Source of the DNA: Alphaproteobacteria bacterium
GTDB lineage: Bacteria; Pseudomonadota; Alphaproteobacteria; UBA828
Length of the DNA stretch: 64,000 nucleotides
Direction: 5' to 3'
Assembly: GCA_963422645.2 (NCBI GenBank)
Contig: CAXXVO010000007.1
Location: 672,001 to 736,000, forward strand
In this document: positions 42,542 through 52,748 of the stretch, in pieces
Layout: the number at the start of each line of letters is the position of its first letter
How positions within the stretch are numbered: the first letter of the stretch is position 1
Translations under genes and position numbers: made by a program
Notes under the pieces: model-generated
Seen by the model: the letters and a program-made list of their open reading frames with translations, nothing else
What the model was told of the DNA's origin: nothing
Databases searched by the model: none

Positions 42542-43738
42542 TCAGCCCGCCACGACGGCGGCCGGGTCGCGGCCGACAATCTGGCGGTAGATGTCGGGGT
42601 CGGTCGCGCCCTCGCTGCCGATGACAAGGACCCGGGAGGCTTCGCTCAGCCCCAGGGCCTCGCGAGCCTCTGCATCGCCTGACGCGGCGATCAGCCCGGC
42701 GAGGGAAGCGGCACCGGATTCGCCCAGCACGAGCGGCGGGTCGCCTGCGGTGGGCACGGCGGCACGGCGCATGGCGCTGGTGGCACCGTCGTCATCGAGC
42801 GCCATGAAGGCGAAGGCGCCTCGCGCGAGCACCTGCCAAGCCAGGGGCGAGACCTCGGCGGCGGCAAGGCAGGCCATCACCGTGTCGAGATCGCCGGAGG
42901 CAGGGCTCGGCTTGCCGTTGACGGCGCTCTGGTAGAGGCAGTCGGCGGTTATTGGCTCGACCACCACGCCCTTTGGCCTGTCGGCGCCGAGATCCTGTCG
43001 GAACGCGCCGATCACCGCGGCCGCGAGCCCGCCGACGCCCGCCTGGACGAAGAGATGGGTCGGTACCGCGCCGCTCAAGGCATCCCTGATCTCGTCCACC
43101 AGCATGGTGTAGCCGTGCATGACTCGGCTCGGCGCCTCGTCGCCGCCCGCGTGCGAAGTGTCGGAGACCAGGAGCCATCCCCTGGACTCGGCTTCATTGG
43201 CGCAAGTCTCCACCGCTTCGTCATAGCTGCCGGCGATGCGCACGATGTCGGCACCCTGGTCCGCAATGGCGCGCTCGCGGCCGGCGCTCACCGGCCCGGG
43301 CAAGAACACCGTGCATCGCGCGCCGGCGCGACGCGCGATGCAGGCCACCGCAAGCCCGTGGTTGCCATCGGTCGCGCAGCACACCCTCACGTCCCTCACG
43401 CGCGTGGCGGCCCGGCCTGCAGCGATATCTGCAATGGAGACGTCGTCTCCCAGCCGCTCGCGCAGCAAGTGGACTACGGCATAGGCGCCGCCCAACGCTT
43501 TGAAGCTGCCGAGGCCGAATCGCCCGCTCTCGTCCTTGAGCCATAGCGCCTCGATGCCGAGCGTGCCGGCAAGGCCGTCCAATCGGTGCAGCGGGGTGGG
43601 CCGGTAGCCCTCGAAGCCGGTGATCGCGGCGCGCGCCGCGGCGCGACGCTCCGGGAGGATCACCGCCTCGCCAGCGTCGCCGCTCCCTGGCGTGGGTGCG
43701 TAGCGCGGGTTCACGTGGAGGTGGAAGGGGACGGTCAT
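42542..43738 (-). CDS. Diaminopropionate ammonia-lyase
   Basis: KDESGRFGLGSFKALGG, ATDGNHG, QAGVGG, GESGAA, SEGATDP. Confidence 0.9.
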   Translation of the reverse strand: MTVPFHLHVNPRYAPTPGSGDAGEAVILPERRAAARAAITGFEGYRPTPLHRLDGLAGTLGIEALWLKDESGRFGLGSFKALGGAYAVVHLLRERLGDDVSIADIAAGRAATRVRDVRVCCATDGNHGLAVACIARRAGARCTVFLPGPVSAGRERAIADQGADIVRIAGSYDEAVETCANEAESRGWLLVSDTSHAGGDEAPSRVMHGYTMLVDEIRDALSGAVPTHLFVQAGVGGLAAAVIGAFRQDLGADRPKGVVVEPITADCLYQSAVNGKPSPASGDLDTVMACLAAAEVSPLAWQVLARGAFAFMALDDDGATSAMRRAAVPTAGDPPLVLGESGAASLAGLIAASGDAEAREALGLSEASRVLVIGSEGATDPDIYRQIVGRDPAAVVAG

Positions 43739-43752
43739 GGCGCGGCCCCGGC

Positions 43753-44793
43753 TCAGCGCAGGTCCGCGAGCAGAGGCATGACCTCGTTCGCGAAGCGTTC
43801 TAGTTGCGCCGCCTTCCCGCTCTCCGGCGCCAGAGTGTTCACCACGAGATGACGCACGCCGGCCTCGTGAAATGCACGGATCGCCTCCGCGACGTCCTCC
43901 GCTGTCCCGAGCGCGCAGTAACGCTCCGCTGCCTGGGAAAAATCCATGGCGTAGCGGACGCTCAGGAATTTGGCGGCGAATTCGAGGGCGCTCTCGCGGT
44001 CCTCGTCGAGCCGGACGAAGAGCAGGTGCGACGTGCCGAAGCGGTCCAGGGTGCGCCCGGCATTGGCCGCTGCGGCGGCAATGGTCTCGAGCGAGCGGCG
44101 GTAGCGCTTGGGGTCAATGACGTAGGACATCCAGCCGTCAGCGAGCCGGCCGGCGCGGCGGAGCGCGGGCTCGGAGCGTCCGCCGCACCAGATCGGCGGG
44201 CCGCCCGGCTGTGCCGGCGGCGGATTGATGGCGACCTCGGGGAAGGAATAGAAGCGCCCGTCATGGGCGACCGGGCGGCCGGACCAGAGCTTGCGCAGCA
44301 CGCAAATCCCCTCGCTGAGCCGGGCGCCGCGCTCCTCCACCGGCACGCCGCAAAGCTCGAACTCGGTGGGGAACTCGCCGCCGACTCCGACACCGAAGAT
44401 CACCCGGCCGTTCGAGATCGTATCGAGGGTCGCGACCTGCTTCGCCACGGGCGCCGCATGGCGCAGCGGCAGGAGATAGACCGCCGTGCCGACGGTAAGC
44501 CGGTCGCTCAGTGCGGCGGCTTGGGCGAGCTGCATCAGCGGATCGAGGATCGGCCCCGCGAAGGCCACGTGATCGCCCGACCAGATCGAATCGAAACCCA
44601 GAGCATCGAGCAGGCGCACGGTCTGGGGCAGGTCGCGGCCGGCGGCTGCCCCCTCCTCATCGTCGTATCCTGTCGGCGCCAGCACATTCTGGTAGCCGAT
44701 GCTCAGTCTCGATTCGAGGGGCAGATCCACAACCGGCTCCCGCGTTGGAAAAAATGGCCGCGCACTGTAGCCCGCATGTCTCGCTGCGGTCAC
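43753..44793 (-). CDS. LLM-class flavin-dependent oxidoreductase
   Basis: GFDSIWSGDH, VAKQVATLD.ISNGR, PPIWCGG; start uncertain. Confidence 0.9.
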   Translation of the reverse strand: MTAARHAGYSARPFFPTREPVVDLPLESRLSIGYQNVLAPTGYDDEEGAAAGRDLPQTVRLLDALGFDSIWSGDHVAFAGPILDPLMQLAQAAALSDRLTVGTAVYLLPLRHAAPVAKQVATLDTISNGRVIFGVGVGGEFPTEFELCGVPVEERGARLSEGICVLRKLWSGRPVAHDGRFYSFPEVAINPPPAQPGGPPIWCGGRSEPALRRAGRLADGWMSYVIDPKRYRRSLETIAAAAANAGRTLDRFGTSHLLFVRLDEDRESALEFAAKFLSVRYAMDFSQAAERYCALGTAEDVAEAIRAFHEAGVRHLVVNTLAPESGKAAQLERFANEVMPLLADLR

Positions 44794-44853
44794 GACCTGC
44801 GTTGCGCTGAAGCGAATTGCGCAGCGCCGCCCGGTCCGATGGACGCAGAGGGT

Positions 44854-45738
44854 CTATACGGGCTGAGCGATCCGGGCCGGGTCGCCGGTGTCAAGCGAAG
44901 TGACGCGGCGCATCTCGCGCCGGTGCTGGGTGTCCTCGAAGGGGCGCGCCCGGTGCATCGTGGCGCGGTTGTCCCAGATCAGGAAGTCCCCGCTTCGCCA
45001 GGTATGCCGGTACACGAGCTCGGGCCGGGTCGCATGCTCCATGAGATCGCGGAGGAGCAGCCGGCCGTCGGGGACGGGCCGGTCGAGGATCCGCGAGGCG
45101 TGCGAGGCGAGGTAGAGAGAGCGCCGCCCGGTGCACGGGTTCTCCAGCACCAGCGGCTGGATGGCGCCCTTGAGCTGGTCGCTCTCCTCCTCGGAGAAAT
45201 CGAAGCCGAGCGTGATGCGCGAGTACGCGATCGAATGGTGCACGCGGAGGCCTTCGATGCGCGCTTTCGTCTCGTCTGCCAGCTCATCGTATGCCGCCCG
45301 CATGTCCGCGAACTCGGTGTCGGCCGCGACCGGCGGCAACACGAGGGCGGCGAGCATCGAGTAGCGGCCGCGCGGATCCTGAAACGACGCGTCGGTGTGC
45401 CAAAGGCGGTTCGCGAGGCCGTACAGGCGCTTCCGGTCGTTCGATTCCAGGACTTCGCCCCCACCCACGTTCGAAACGTCGGTCAGTGCTTCGTCCTCGA
45501 AGCGGCTCTTGTGCAGGACGCTGATGCCGGTCTTGCGATGAAGCTCTCCGTCGAGCCGGGTGGCGAAGTCGAGCTGCTCTTTGCTGGAAAGCGACTGGTC
45601 CCGAAACACGAGCACCGCGTGCTCGTCCATGCCGGCCCGAATCAGCTCCAGGGTCTCGTCGTCGCGCACGTCGCGCAGATCGACCTGGCTGGTCTCGGCG
45701 ACGAATAGGTTATGGAGCTTGCGGAACTGGAGTGGCAT
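44854..45738 (-). CDS. TauD/TfdA-family 2OG dioxygenase
   Basis: WHTDASF, TEFADMRAAY, WDNRATMHR. Confidence 0.92.
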   Translation of the reverse strand: MPLQFRKLHNLFVAETSQVDLRDVRDDETLELIRAGMDEHAVLVFRDQSLSSKEQLDFATRLDGELHRKTGISVLHKSRFEDEALTDVSNVGGGEVLESNDRKRLYGLANRLWHTDASFQDPRGRYSMLAALVLPPVAADTEFADMRAAYDELADETKARIEGLRVHHSIAYSRITLGFDFSEEESDQLKGAIQPLVLENPCTGRRSLYLASHASRILDRPVPDGRLLLRDLMEHATRPELVYRHTWRSGDFLIWDNRATMHRARPFEDTQHRREMRRVTSLDTGDPARIAQPV

Positions 45739-46658
45739 CAGGTGTCGCCCGCCTGTGGGCCCGTTTCGATCGGCAGGTCGGAGTCGTACGCCCACTCTCC
45801 CAACGACCCGTCGTAGAGGGTGAGGTCACGGTAGCCAAGCTGGTGGAGGAGGAACAGGCCGACGGTGGCGGAGATGCCCCCGCCGCAATAGGCGACGACC
45901 TGGCGGTCTGGGGTGATCCCGGTTTCCTCGTGAAGGCGCCGCGCCTCGTCCAGCGGCACGAAGGCCCCGGTCGAGGGATCGAGGAGACTGGCCGCAGGCA
46001 CGTTGACGCTCCCCGGGATCCGCCCCGGGCGTCCGTAGCGGCTCGGGCCCTCGCCGAGATGAAATTCGGGTGCGAGCGCATTCACCGTGGCGGTGTCGGC
46101 ATCGCCGAGCCGCGACAGCACGTACCCGCTGTCCACGAATTGGCCCGGCTGGAGCTTGGCGGTGAAGCGCGCCGGCGGGTGATGCCCCGCTTCGGAGGAG
46201 ACGGGTCGCCCCTCCGCCTTCCACTTCTCCCAGCCGCCATCGAGCACCGCTACGCGGTCGAAGCCGAAGGCGCGCAGCATCCACCAGACGCGAGTTGCCC
46301 ACATGATGCTGCCGGCCGAGTAGAGCACGACGCGTGACTCGTCGCCGATGCCGAGCGCACCCATGGCATCCGCGAATTGCTCGGCGGAGGGCGCCATGAA
46401 CTTGAGGCGCGTGTCCGGGTCGGAAATCTGCCCCTGGATGTCGAGAAAGACAGCGCCGGGGATATGCTCTGCGTCGTATTCGGCCCGGCCGGGGACGACA
46501 CGGTAGGGGTCATCGTCGCCGGGCTCCGCCGGCTTGAGCCAGGTCGTGCAGTCCACGATGCGAAGACCCGGCGCACCGAGGCTCGCCTCGAGGGCGCCGG
46601 TCTCGATCAGCGCCTGCGGCTCGCGCCAGTTCGTGAGGTCAGCTCGGCCTTCGGTCAT
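45738..46658 (-). CDS. Tandem-rhodanese sulfurtransferase
   Basis: HIPGAVF, VLDGG, GRIPGS, YCGGG, LYDGSLGEW. Confidence 0.92.
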   Translation of the reverse strand: MTEGRADLTNWREPQALIETGALEASLGAPGLRIVDCTTWLKPAEPGDDDPYRVVPGRAEYDAEHIPGAVFLDIQGQISDPDTRLKFMAPSAEQFADAMGALGIGDESRVVLYSAGSIMWATRVWWMLRAFGFDRVAVLDGGWEKWKAEGRPVSSEAGHHPPARFTAKLQPGQFVDSGYVLSRLGDADTATVNALAPEFHLGEGPSRYGRPGRIPGSVNVPAASLLDPSTGAFVPLDEARRLHEETGITPDRQVVAYCGGGISATVGLFLLHQLGYRDLTLYDGSLGEWAYDSDLPIETGPQAGDT

Positions 46659-46734
46659 CGACGGTCTCCCTTGTGCTTTGACCGCAATCCTATCAGTGCG
46701 CGGCAATGCGGTCGCCGCCAGCGCCTGCGTCCCT

Positions 46735-47481
46735 TCAGTGGTCGCTCAGCAGCGACCCGCAGCCGTAGATGCGATCGTCGAACCCGTTGGCCCGGTAAGC
46801 ATGCCAGACGATCGCGGCGTTGATGGCGATTACCGGCTTGCCCAGCCAGCCTTCCGCCTCGGCTGCGAGCCGTACCATCGAGAGGTTGGTTCCCACTTGT
46901 ACGATGGCGTCCACGTCCGGACCATCGAGCTCGCGCAGCACCTCACGAAGCCTGTCCGGGGTCACCGCGGCAATGGCCGTCGCGCTCGGACACGCGAGAT
47001 CCACGTAGTGTGTCACCGGGAAGCCGGATTCCTCGAAGTAGCGGACGATCTGCTCGCGCATGATCGGCTGGTAGGGGGTGAGCACCGCGATGCGCCGGAT
47101 GCCGAGTGTCTCCAGAGCAGTGCTGCACGCTTCTGCTCCCGTCGTCACGCCGAGCCCGCAAAGCCGCCGGGCTCGTTCGCGGAACGTCGCGTTGCCCTCG
47201 CGGCCGCCCCAGAAAGTGGGCGCCGACATCCCCATCACCAGATAGTCGGGCGCGCAGGTCATGACGTCCCGAACCGCCGTCTCAAAGGCCCCGCCCACCT
47301 GCTCCAGAAGCGCCGCGAACGCGTCGTTCGAGTCGAGAGCCGGACTCTCGATGTACATCCGCCCGGTATGAAAGGTGACCCCCGGAATGCGGAAGAGATG
47401 GTTGAAGTCGGCCTCCACGATGGTGTTGGTGGAAGGCACGATGGCGGCGAGCTTGGCGCGGAAACCGGCGACGTCGGGCAT
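46735..47481 (-). CDS. Maleate isomerase / arylmalonate decarboxylase-family protein
   Basis: IVPSTNTIVE, AVLTPY, QVGTNL, KPVIAIN. Confidence 0.85.
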   Translation of the reverse strand: MPDVAGFRAKLAAIVPSTNTIVEADFNHLFRIPGVTFHTGRMYIESPALDSNDAFAALLEQVGGAFETAVRDVMTCAPDYLVMGMSAPTFWGGREGNATFRERARRLCGLGVTTGAEACSTALETLGIRRIAVLTPYQPIMREQIVRYFEESGFPVTHYVDLACPSATAIAAVTPDRLREVLRELDGPDVDAIVQVGTNLSMVRLAAEAEGWLGKPVIAINAAIVWHAYRANGFDDRIYGCGSLLSDH

Positions 47482-47490
47482 GGCAGTCGT

Positions 47491-48812
47491 TTACTGGCTG
47501 TCCGGCATCTCGGCGCCGAGGTCGGGATAGATGGGGAAGGCGCGGCAGAGCGAACGCACCTCGGCGCGGACGGCTTGCTCGACTGCCTCGTCGCGCCCGC
47601 CCGCCGCCGCCATGGCGAGCAGCACGTCTGCGATCCAGTCGCCGATGCGGCGGAACTCGCCTTCGCCGAAACCCCGCGTGGTTCCGGCTGCCGAGCCGAA
47701 CCGGAGACCCGAGGTCACTCTTGGCGGCTGCGTGTCGCCCGGCACCGCGTTCTTGTTGCAGGTGAGACCGGCGGCTTCCAGGCTGTCGGAGGCTGCGGCC
47801 CCGGTCAGCCCGAGCGGCCTGAGGTCTGCCACCAGCAGCGGCGTATCCGTGCCGCCGGCGACGATGGCGATGCCCCGCTCCATGAGCGTATCGGCGAGGC
47901 AACGCGCATTGGCCAGAACCTGGGCTGCGTAGGCCTTGAATTCGGGCTTGAGCGCTTCGCCCAGGCAGACCGCCTTGGCTGCGACCGCGTTGAGGATCAC
48001 GCTGCCCTGCACGCCGGGGAAGACCGCGCTGTCCAGCTTGCGCGCGAGCGCCGCGTCATCGGTGAGGATGATGCCGCCGCGTGCACCGCGCAGGTTCTTG
48101 TAGGTGGTCGCCGTGGTGACGTGGGCGTGGGGCAGGGGAGGGGGTTCGGATGTGCGCCGCCGGCAACCAGCCCGGCGAAATGAGCCATGTCGGCGAGCAG
48201 GGTGGCGCCGACCGAATCGGCAACTCTGCGAAAGCCGGCGAAGTCGATCGTGCGGGGATAGGCCGAGCCGCCGCAGATGATGAGCTTGGGCCGGTGCTCA
48301 TGTGCCAGGCGCTCGACCTCGCCCATGTCGATTAGGCCCGCAGCATCGGTGCCGTAGCGGACCGGGTTGAACCACTTGCCGGTCAGGTTCGGCGCCGCAC
48401 CGTGGCTCAAATGGCCGCCGGCATCGAGCGCCATGCTCAGTAGCGTGTCGCCCGGCTTGAGCAGCGCGAGGAGGACCGCCTGGTTGGCCTGGCTGCCCGA
48501 GTGGGGCTGGACGTTGGCGAAGGCGCAGCCAAAGAGCAGCTTGGCGCGCTCGATGGCGAGGGCCTCGATGCTGTCTGCGAATTCGGCGCCGCCGTAGTAG
48601 CGAGCGCCGGGCCGGCCTTCGACGGTCTTGTTGGTGATGACGGAGCCCAAGGCATCGAGGCTCGCGCGGCTGACCAGGTTTTCCGACGCGATCAGCTCGA
48701 TCCCGTCCTGCTGGCGCGTGAGCTCGCCCGCGAGGGCCGCATGGACCTCCGGGTCGACAATGCGCAAGTGGTCGAGAAAGTAACCCGGCTCACGCGCCGG
48801 CGATCCGGTCAT
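47491..48812 (-). CDS. glyA: Serine hydroxymethyltransferase, apparent frameshift near 48135
   Basis: [33 protein letters not shown], then [21 protein letters not shown] in another frame; break at a C-run. Confidence 0.88.
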
Positions 48813-48819
48813 GGGCCGG

Positions 48820-49602
48820 TCACGCAGCCGGGGCAAGCAGGCAATCGTCGGCGAGCGGCACCACCGGCGAGAAGTCGGTGTGGTGCTTGTACTCGGGCCG
48901 GGCGAACGCGGTCTGCGCGTTGGCGACCGGGTTGAGGATGAGCGAGAAGATCGCGCGGTCCCACGGCGACATATTGCCCGGCGAGCCGTGGACCATCAGG
49001 TCGCCGAAGATGAGGACCGTGCCGGGCGGGCCGAGTGCCGGCGTGATGCCGCCCACGGCAATGAGGTTCGTGACGGTCTCGCGATCCACCACCCAGAGCG
49101 GATAGCTCGTGCTCGTCACGTCGTGGAAGGTCGGCAGCGGTTCGTGCCGGTGGGAGCCGGGAATGAAATAGAGCGGCCCGTTATAGTGGCTCACCTCGTC
49201 CAGCAGGATGTGCAGGTTGAGCGCCTGCGGTGCCGGCACCCCGTCGTCCCGGTGATGGGTGGCGAAGTCGTAGTGCCACTGCCAGGCATCGCCCTCGTAC
49301 GCCGCCTTCACGTTGACCTTGACCTGCTGGATGTAGAGATCGGGGCCCGCGATCTGTTGCGCCGGCACGACCAGTCGCGGGTGGCGCGCGAGGCGGTCGA
49401 AGAGGTCGCTCCGCTGGTGCAGCCCCATCATGGTGCGGGGCACGGTGCCCACCTTCTCGCCGATATTGGCCTCGATCTCCTCATCGAAGAGCGGCGGCAG
49501 GGCGGTGCGGATCGCCGCAACCTCGGCCGGTGAGAAGAGGCCAGGGAGGATCAGCAGGCCGTCCCGGCGGAACGCCTCAAGTTGTTCGCCCTTCAGCTTC
49601 AA
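48820..49602 (-). CDS. PhyH-family dioxygenase (EctD / proline-hydroxylase-like)
   Basis: KVNVK…[32 protein letters not shown]. Confidence 0.88.
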   Translation of the reverse strand: MKLKGEQLEAFRRDGLLILPGLFSPAEVAAIRTALPPLFDEEIEANIGEKVGTVPRTMMGLHQRSDLFDRLARHPRLVVPAQQIAGPDLYIQQVKVNVKAAYEGDAWQWHYDFATHHRDDGVPAPQALNLHILLDEVSHYNGPLYFIPGSHRHEPLPTFHDVTSTSYPLWVVDRETVTNLIAVGGITPALGPPGTVLIFGDLMVHGSPGNMSPWDRAIFSLILNPVANAQTAFARPEYKHHTDFSPVVPLADDCLLAPAA

Positions 49603-49705
49603 TGGGCCGGCCTCGCCGACTGCTCACCGCCCTGGTCGCGAGGGGAGCGGGGTTCTCCCTGCAGCGACAGGGGGAACCCCCAACCCACTTGCGAATTGCG
49701 AAGGC

Positions 49706-51004
49706 CTACTCGGCGGCGGCGGGCGTCGCGCTCCGCCGGCGCTTGGCGAGCGCGATCTCGTTCGGCGCGCGGTGATAGGCGCCGTCCTTCATGACCATGA
49801 GCAGGTTGTCGGTGTCCTGCATGATGGAGACGTCCTTGGTCGGATCGCCGTCCACCAGCAGCAGGTCGGCGAGATAGCCCTCCTTGACCATGCCGACGTT
49901 GAGCCCCATGAGCTCGCCACCCCACTTCGTGGCGCCGATCAGCGCCTCGGCCGGTGAGTAGCCGAAATGGTTGACGAAGTGCTCCATGTCGCGGGCGTTG
50001 GCGCCGATGGGGTTCCAGGCGAAGCCGTAGTCGCCCCCCGGCATGGCCCGAATGCCGCGCTTGCGCACCTCCTTATAGGTGCGGATCGTGTGCTCCATCT
50101 TGTAGAACATGTTGTAGCTCTCGGCGACCTCGCGGGTGATGCCCCACTCGCCGGCCTCGTGCGCGAATGTGTAGACGATGCCGAAAGCCGGGGCCATGAA
50201 GATGTCCTTCTTCTTGGCTTCCAGCATGTCGAGGGTCTTATCCGTCGCGTAGTCGGCGTGGTAGATGATGTTGATGCCGTGCTTGAGCGCGAGCCGCACC
50301 GCCTTGTCCGCCCTTGCGTGGGTGATGATGTTGACGCCTGCCTCGCGGGCGACTTCGGCCGCCGCGCCGACCTCGGCATCGAAGTAGGTGATCCTCTCGG
50401 ATTGCCCGGGCTTGCAGAATTCGTCGCCCGAGATGTTGATCTTCAGGTTGTCCACGCCTTCCCGCACGCAGAGCCGGCAAGCCTTGCGCACTTCATCCGG
50501 ACCGTCGGCGATGTAACCCACCGACTCCTGGTGCATGTGCCACATGCGCTCGTCGCCGAGCCCGCCCGACGACACGATCTCCGGCGAAGCCGCCTTGATG
50601 CGCGGCCCCGGATAGCGCCCGGCGTTGATCACGTCGCGCAGCACCGGCTCGATACGGATCTTGTCGTAGCCGACGCCGGCAGCCGAGAAGAGGCTCGTGA
50701 AGCCGTGGTCGATCATCGTCCGCGCGTTGTCGAGCGCGAGCACCATGTGCTCTTCGGGCGGAAGCCGCCCGATCTCCGGCAGGGTCGTCGAGTCTATGTA
50801 GCAGACGTGGGAGTGAGGCTCGATCAGCCCCGGCATCAGGGTGGCGCCCGCGCCGTCCACCACGGTCGCGCCATTGGCCCTGATCTTGCCCTTGCCGCGC
50901 GCGACCTTCTTGATGAGGTTGCCCTGCAGCTTCACCTCGCCCGCGTAGGGGCGCTTGGCGTTGCCGTCGAAAATCGTCACATTCTTGAAGAGGGTCTCTG
51001 CCAT
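49706..51004 (-). CDS. Metal-dependent amidohydrolase (Xaa-Pro dipeptidase-like)
   Basis: MPGLIEPHSH, DGPDEVR, THAR, GGDYG, ADLLLVDGDP. Confidence 0.9.
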   Translation of the reverse strand: MAETLFKNVTIFDGNAKRPYAGEVKLQGNLIKKVARGKGKIRANGATVVDGAGATLMPGLIEPHSHVCYIDSTTLPEIGRLPPEEHMVLALDNARTMIDHGFTSLFSAAGVGYDKIRIEPVLRDVINAGRYPGPRIKAASPEIVSSGGLGDERMWHMHQESVGYIADGPDEVRKACRLCVREGVDNLKINISGDEFCKPGQSERITYFDAEVGAAAEVAREAGVNIITHARADKAVRLALKHGINIIYHADYATDKTLDMLEAKKKDIFMAPAFGIVYTFAHEAGEWGITREVAESYNMFYKMEHTIRTYKEVRKRGIRAMPGGDYGFAWNPIGANARDMEHFVNHFGYSPAEALIGATKWGGELMGLNVGMVKEGYLADLLLVDGDPTKDVSIMQDTDNLLMVMKDGAYHRAPNEIALAKRRRSATPAAAE

Positions 51005-51236
51005 CGTCTCAGCCTCCGCCTCTGGCATGCGCGGCCACGGTCCCGCGGGCCCATGCCGCAGGGGTCAGAGCGTCGCGCCGCTCCGGGCGACACACGCCGC
51101 TGCGTATACCTTAGGCGTCAGTACCAGCGCCCGCAATCGCTAACCCGCGCTGGCGGTCGAGCTCCGGGAGACCTGGCCGCGCTGTACAAGGGTGCAGCCC
51201 CGGTCTATGACGCGCTCGCCAGCAAGGAGGACGACG

Positions 51237-51824
51237 ATGAAGCTCTATTCGAGCCCGGCCACGCCCTTCGGCCGCAAGGCGGCGATCGTGGCACGGGAGC
51301 ACGGCATCGCGCTCGACATCGTGAACGTGAACCCCTTCGAGTCGGAGGAGCTCGAGCGTCTCAATCCGGCCAGGCTCATTCCGGTGCTGGCGATGGACGA
51401 CGGCACCCTGCTCTACGACAGCCATGCGATCTGTGCCTACTTCGACGAGATTGGCGGGGGACCTTCGCTCTATCCCGAGGCGGAGCGGTGGGATTGGCAG
51501 CGCCGCATGACCCTCGGCACCGCGCTCACGGAGACGAGCGTCCAGTGGCTCTTTCAGAAGCGCCAGCCGGCGGACCAGCAAAGCGTCAACCTCAAGACCC
51601 ACTTCGAGAAGCGGGTAAAGCGCATGACCAAGGCGCTCGACGGCGAGGTCAACGTTCTTGCCGCCGCGTCCTTCCGAATGGACCACATCGCGGTGATCTG
51701 CGGTCTCGGCCACCTGGAGTTCCGGCACGACGACTCGTGGCGGGCGGACTGCCCCGCACTCACGGGGTGGTACGAAGACACACAGAGCCGGCCGAGCGTC
51801 GCCGCGACTCAGCCGACGGACTGA
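51237..51824 (+). CDS. Glutathione S-transferase family protein
   Basis: MKLYSSPATPFGRK, NP..LIPVL, LYDSHAICAY. Confidence 0.9.
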   Translation: MKLYSSPATPFGRKAAIVAREHGIALDIVNVNPFESEELERLNPARLIPVLAMDDGTLLYDSHAICAYFDEIGGGPSLYPEAERWDWQRRMTLGTALTETSVQWLFQKRQPADQQSVNLKTHFEKRVKRMTKALDGEVNVLAAASFRMDHIAVICGLGHLEFRHDDSWRADCPALTGWYEDTQSRPSVAATQPTD

Positions 51825-51845
51825 CGCCAGGAGGAAGAAAGAGCC

Positions 51846-52568
51846 ATGATCGACCTGCACTACTGGCCGACACCCAACGGCAAGAAGGTAACCATCCTGC
51901 TGGAGGAATGCGGGATGCCCTATCGCCTCGTCCCCTGCCACATCGGGAAGGGCGATCAGTTCGAGGATTCGTTCCTCAGGATCAGCCCCAACAACCGCAT
52001 GCCGGCGCTGGTGGACGACGACCCGCCCGGCGGCGGCGCGCCGGTCAGCGTCTTCGAATCGGGTGCGATGATGATGTACATCGCCGAGAAGGCCGGGCGC
52101 TTCTATCCGCAGGACCTGCACGGCCGCTACGAGGTCAACCAGTGGGTCATGTGGCAGATGGCGAACCAGGGGCCGAAGTTCGGCGAGTTCGGCCACTTTC
52201 GCCGGCTGGGCGACGATGAGGGCGACCAGACCTACGCCATCACCCGCTTCGGCAACGAGGTCAACCGGCTCTACGGCGTCATGAACAACCGGCTCTACGA
52301 CCGACCCTATCTCGCCGGCGAGGCGTACACGATCGCCGACATGATTTCCTATCCATGGGCCGTCTACTGGGAATCGCAGGGCCAGGACTTGGGCGACTTC
52401 AAGTACTTCAAGCGCTGGTTCGAGGAACTGTCTGAGCGCGAGGCGGTGCAGCGGGGCATGGCGGTGGGTGAGGACTTGCCTGAGGACCCCGACACCCTTT
52501 CAGACGAGGAGAAGGCGCGGCGGCACGCGTTGCTCTACTACCAGCGGGCGCGCCCGGCGCCGGGCTGA
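51846..52568 (+). CDS. Glutathione S-transferase, YfcG-like
   Basis: YWPTPNGKK, SPNNRMPA, FESGA, YTIADM. Confidence 0.92.
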   Translation: MIDLHYWPTPNGKKVTILLEECGMPYRLVPCHIGKGDQFEDSFLRISPNNRMPALVDDDPPGGGAPVSVFESGAMMMYIAEKAGRFYPQDLHGRYEVNQWVMWQMANQGPKFGEFGHFRRLGDDEGDQTYAITRFGNEVNRLYGVMNNRLYDRPYLAGEAYTIADMISYPWAVYWESQGQDLGDFKYFKRWFEELSEREAVQRGMAVGEDLPEDPDTLSDEEKARRHALLYYQRARPAPG

Positions 52569-52748
52569 GAGAGCGCGGCCCGCGCACCCTCCTCACCCTA
52601 GTCCTCGGCTTAATCAGTTCCCTCAGGCGCCGGGCGCTCACTCCGTTCGCTTGGCTACGCGCCATGTGGCGCGGCGCGCGGTTCCGCGCTCCGGCCCGCT
52701 TCGCGGCCCGGCCTCACCATGGGTCTAGACTTGGGTGGCGGTGCCGCG

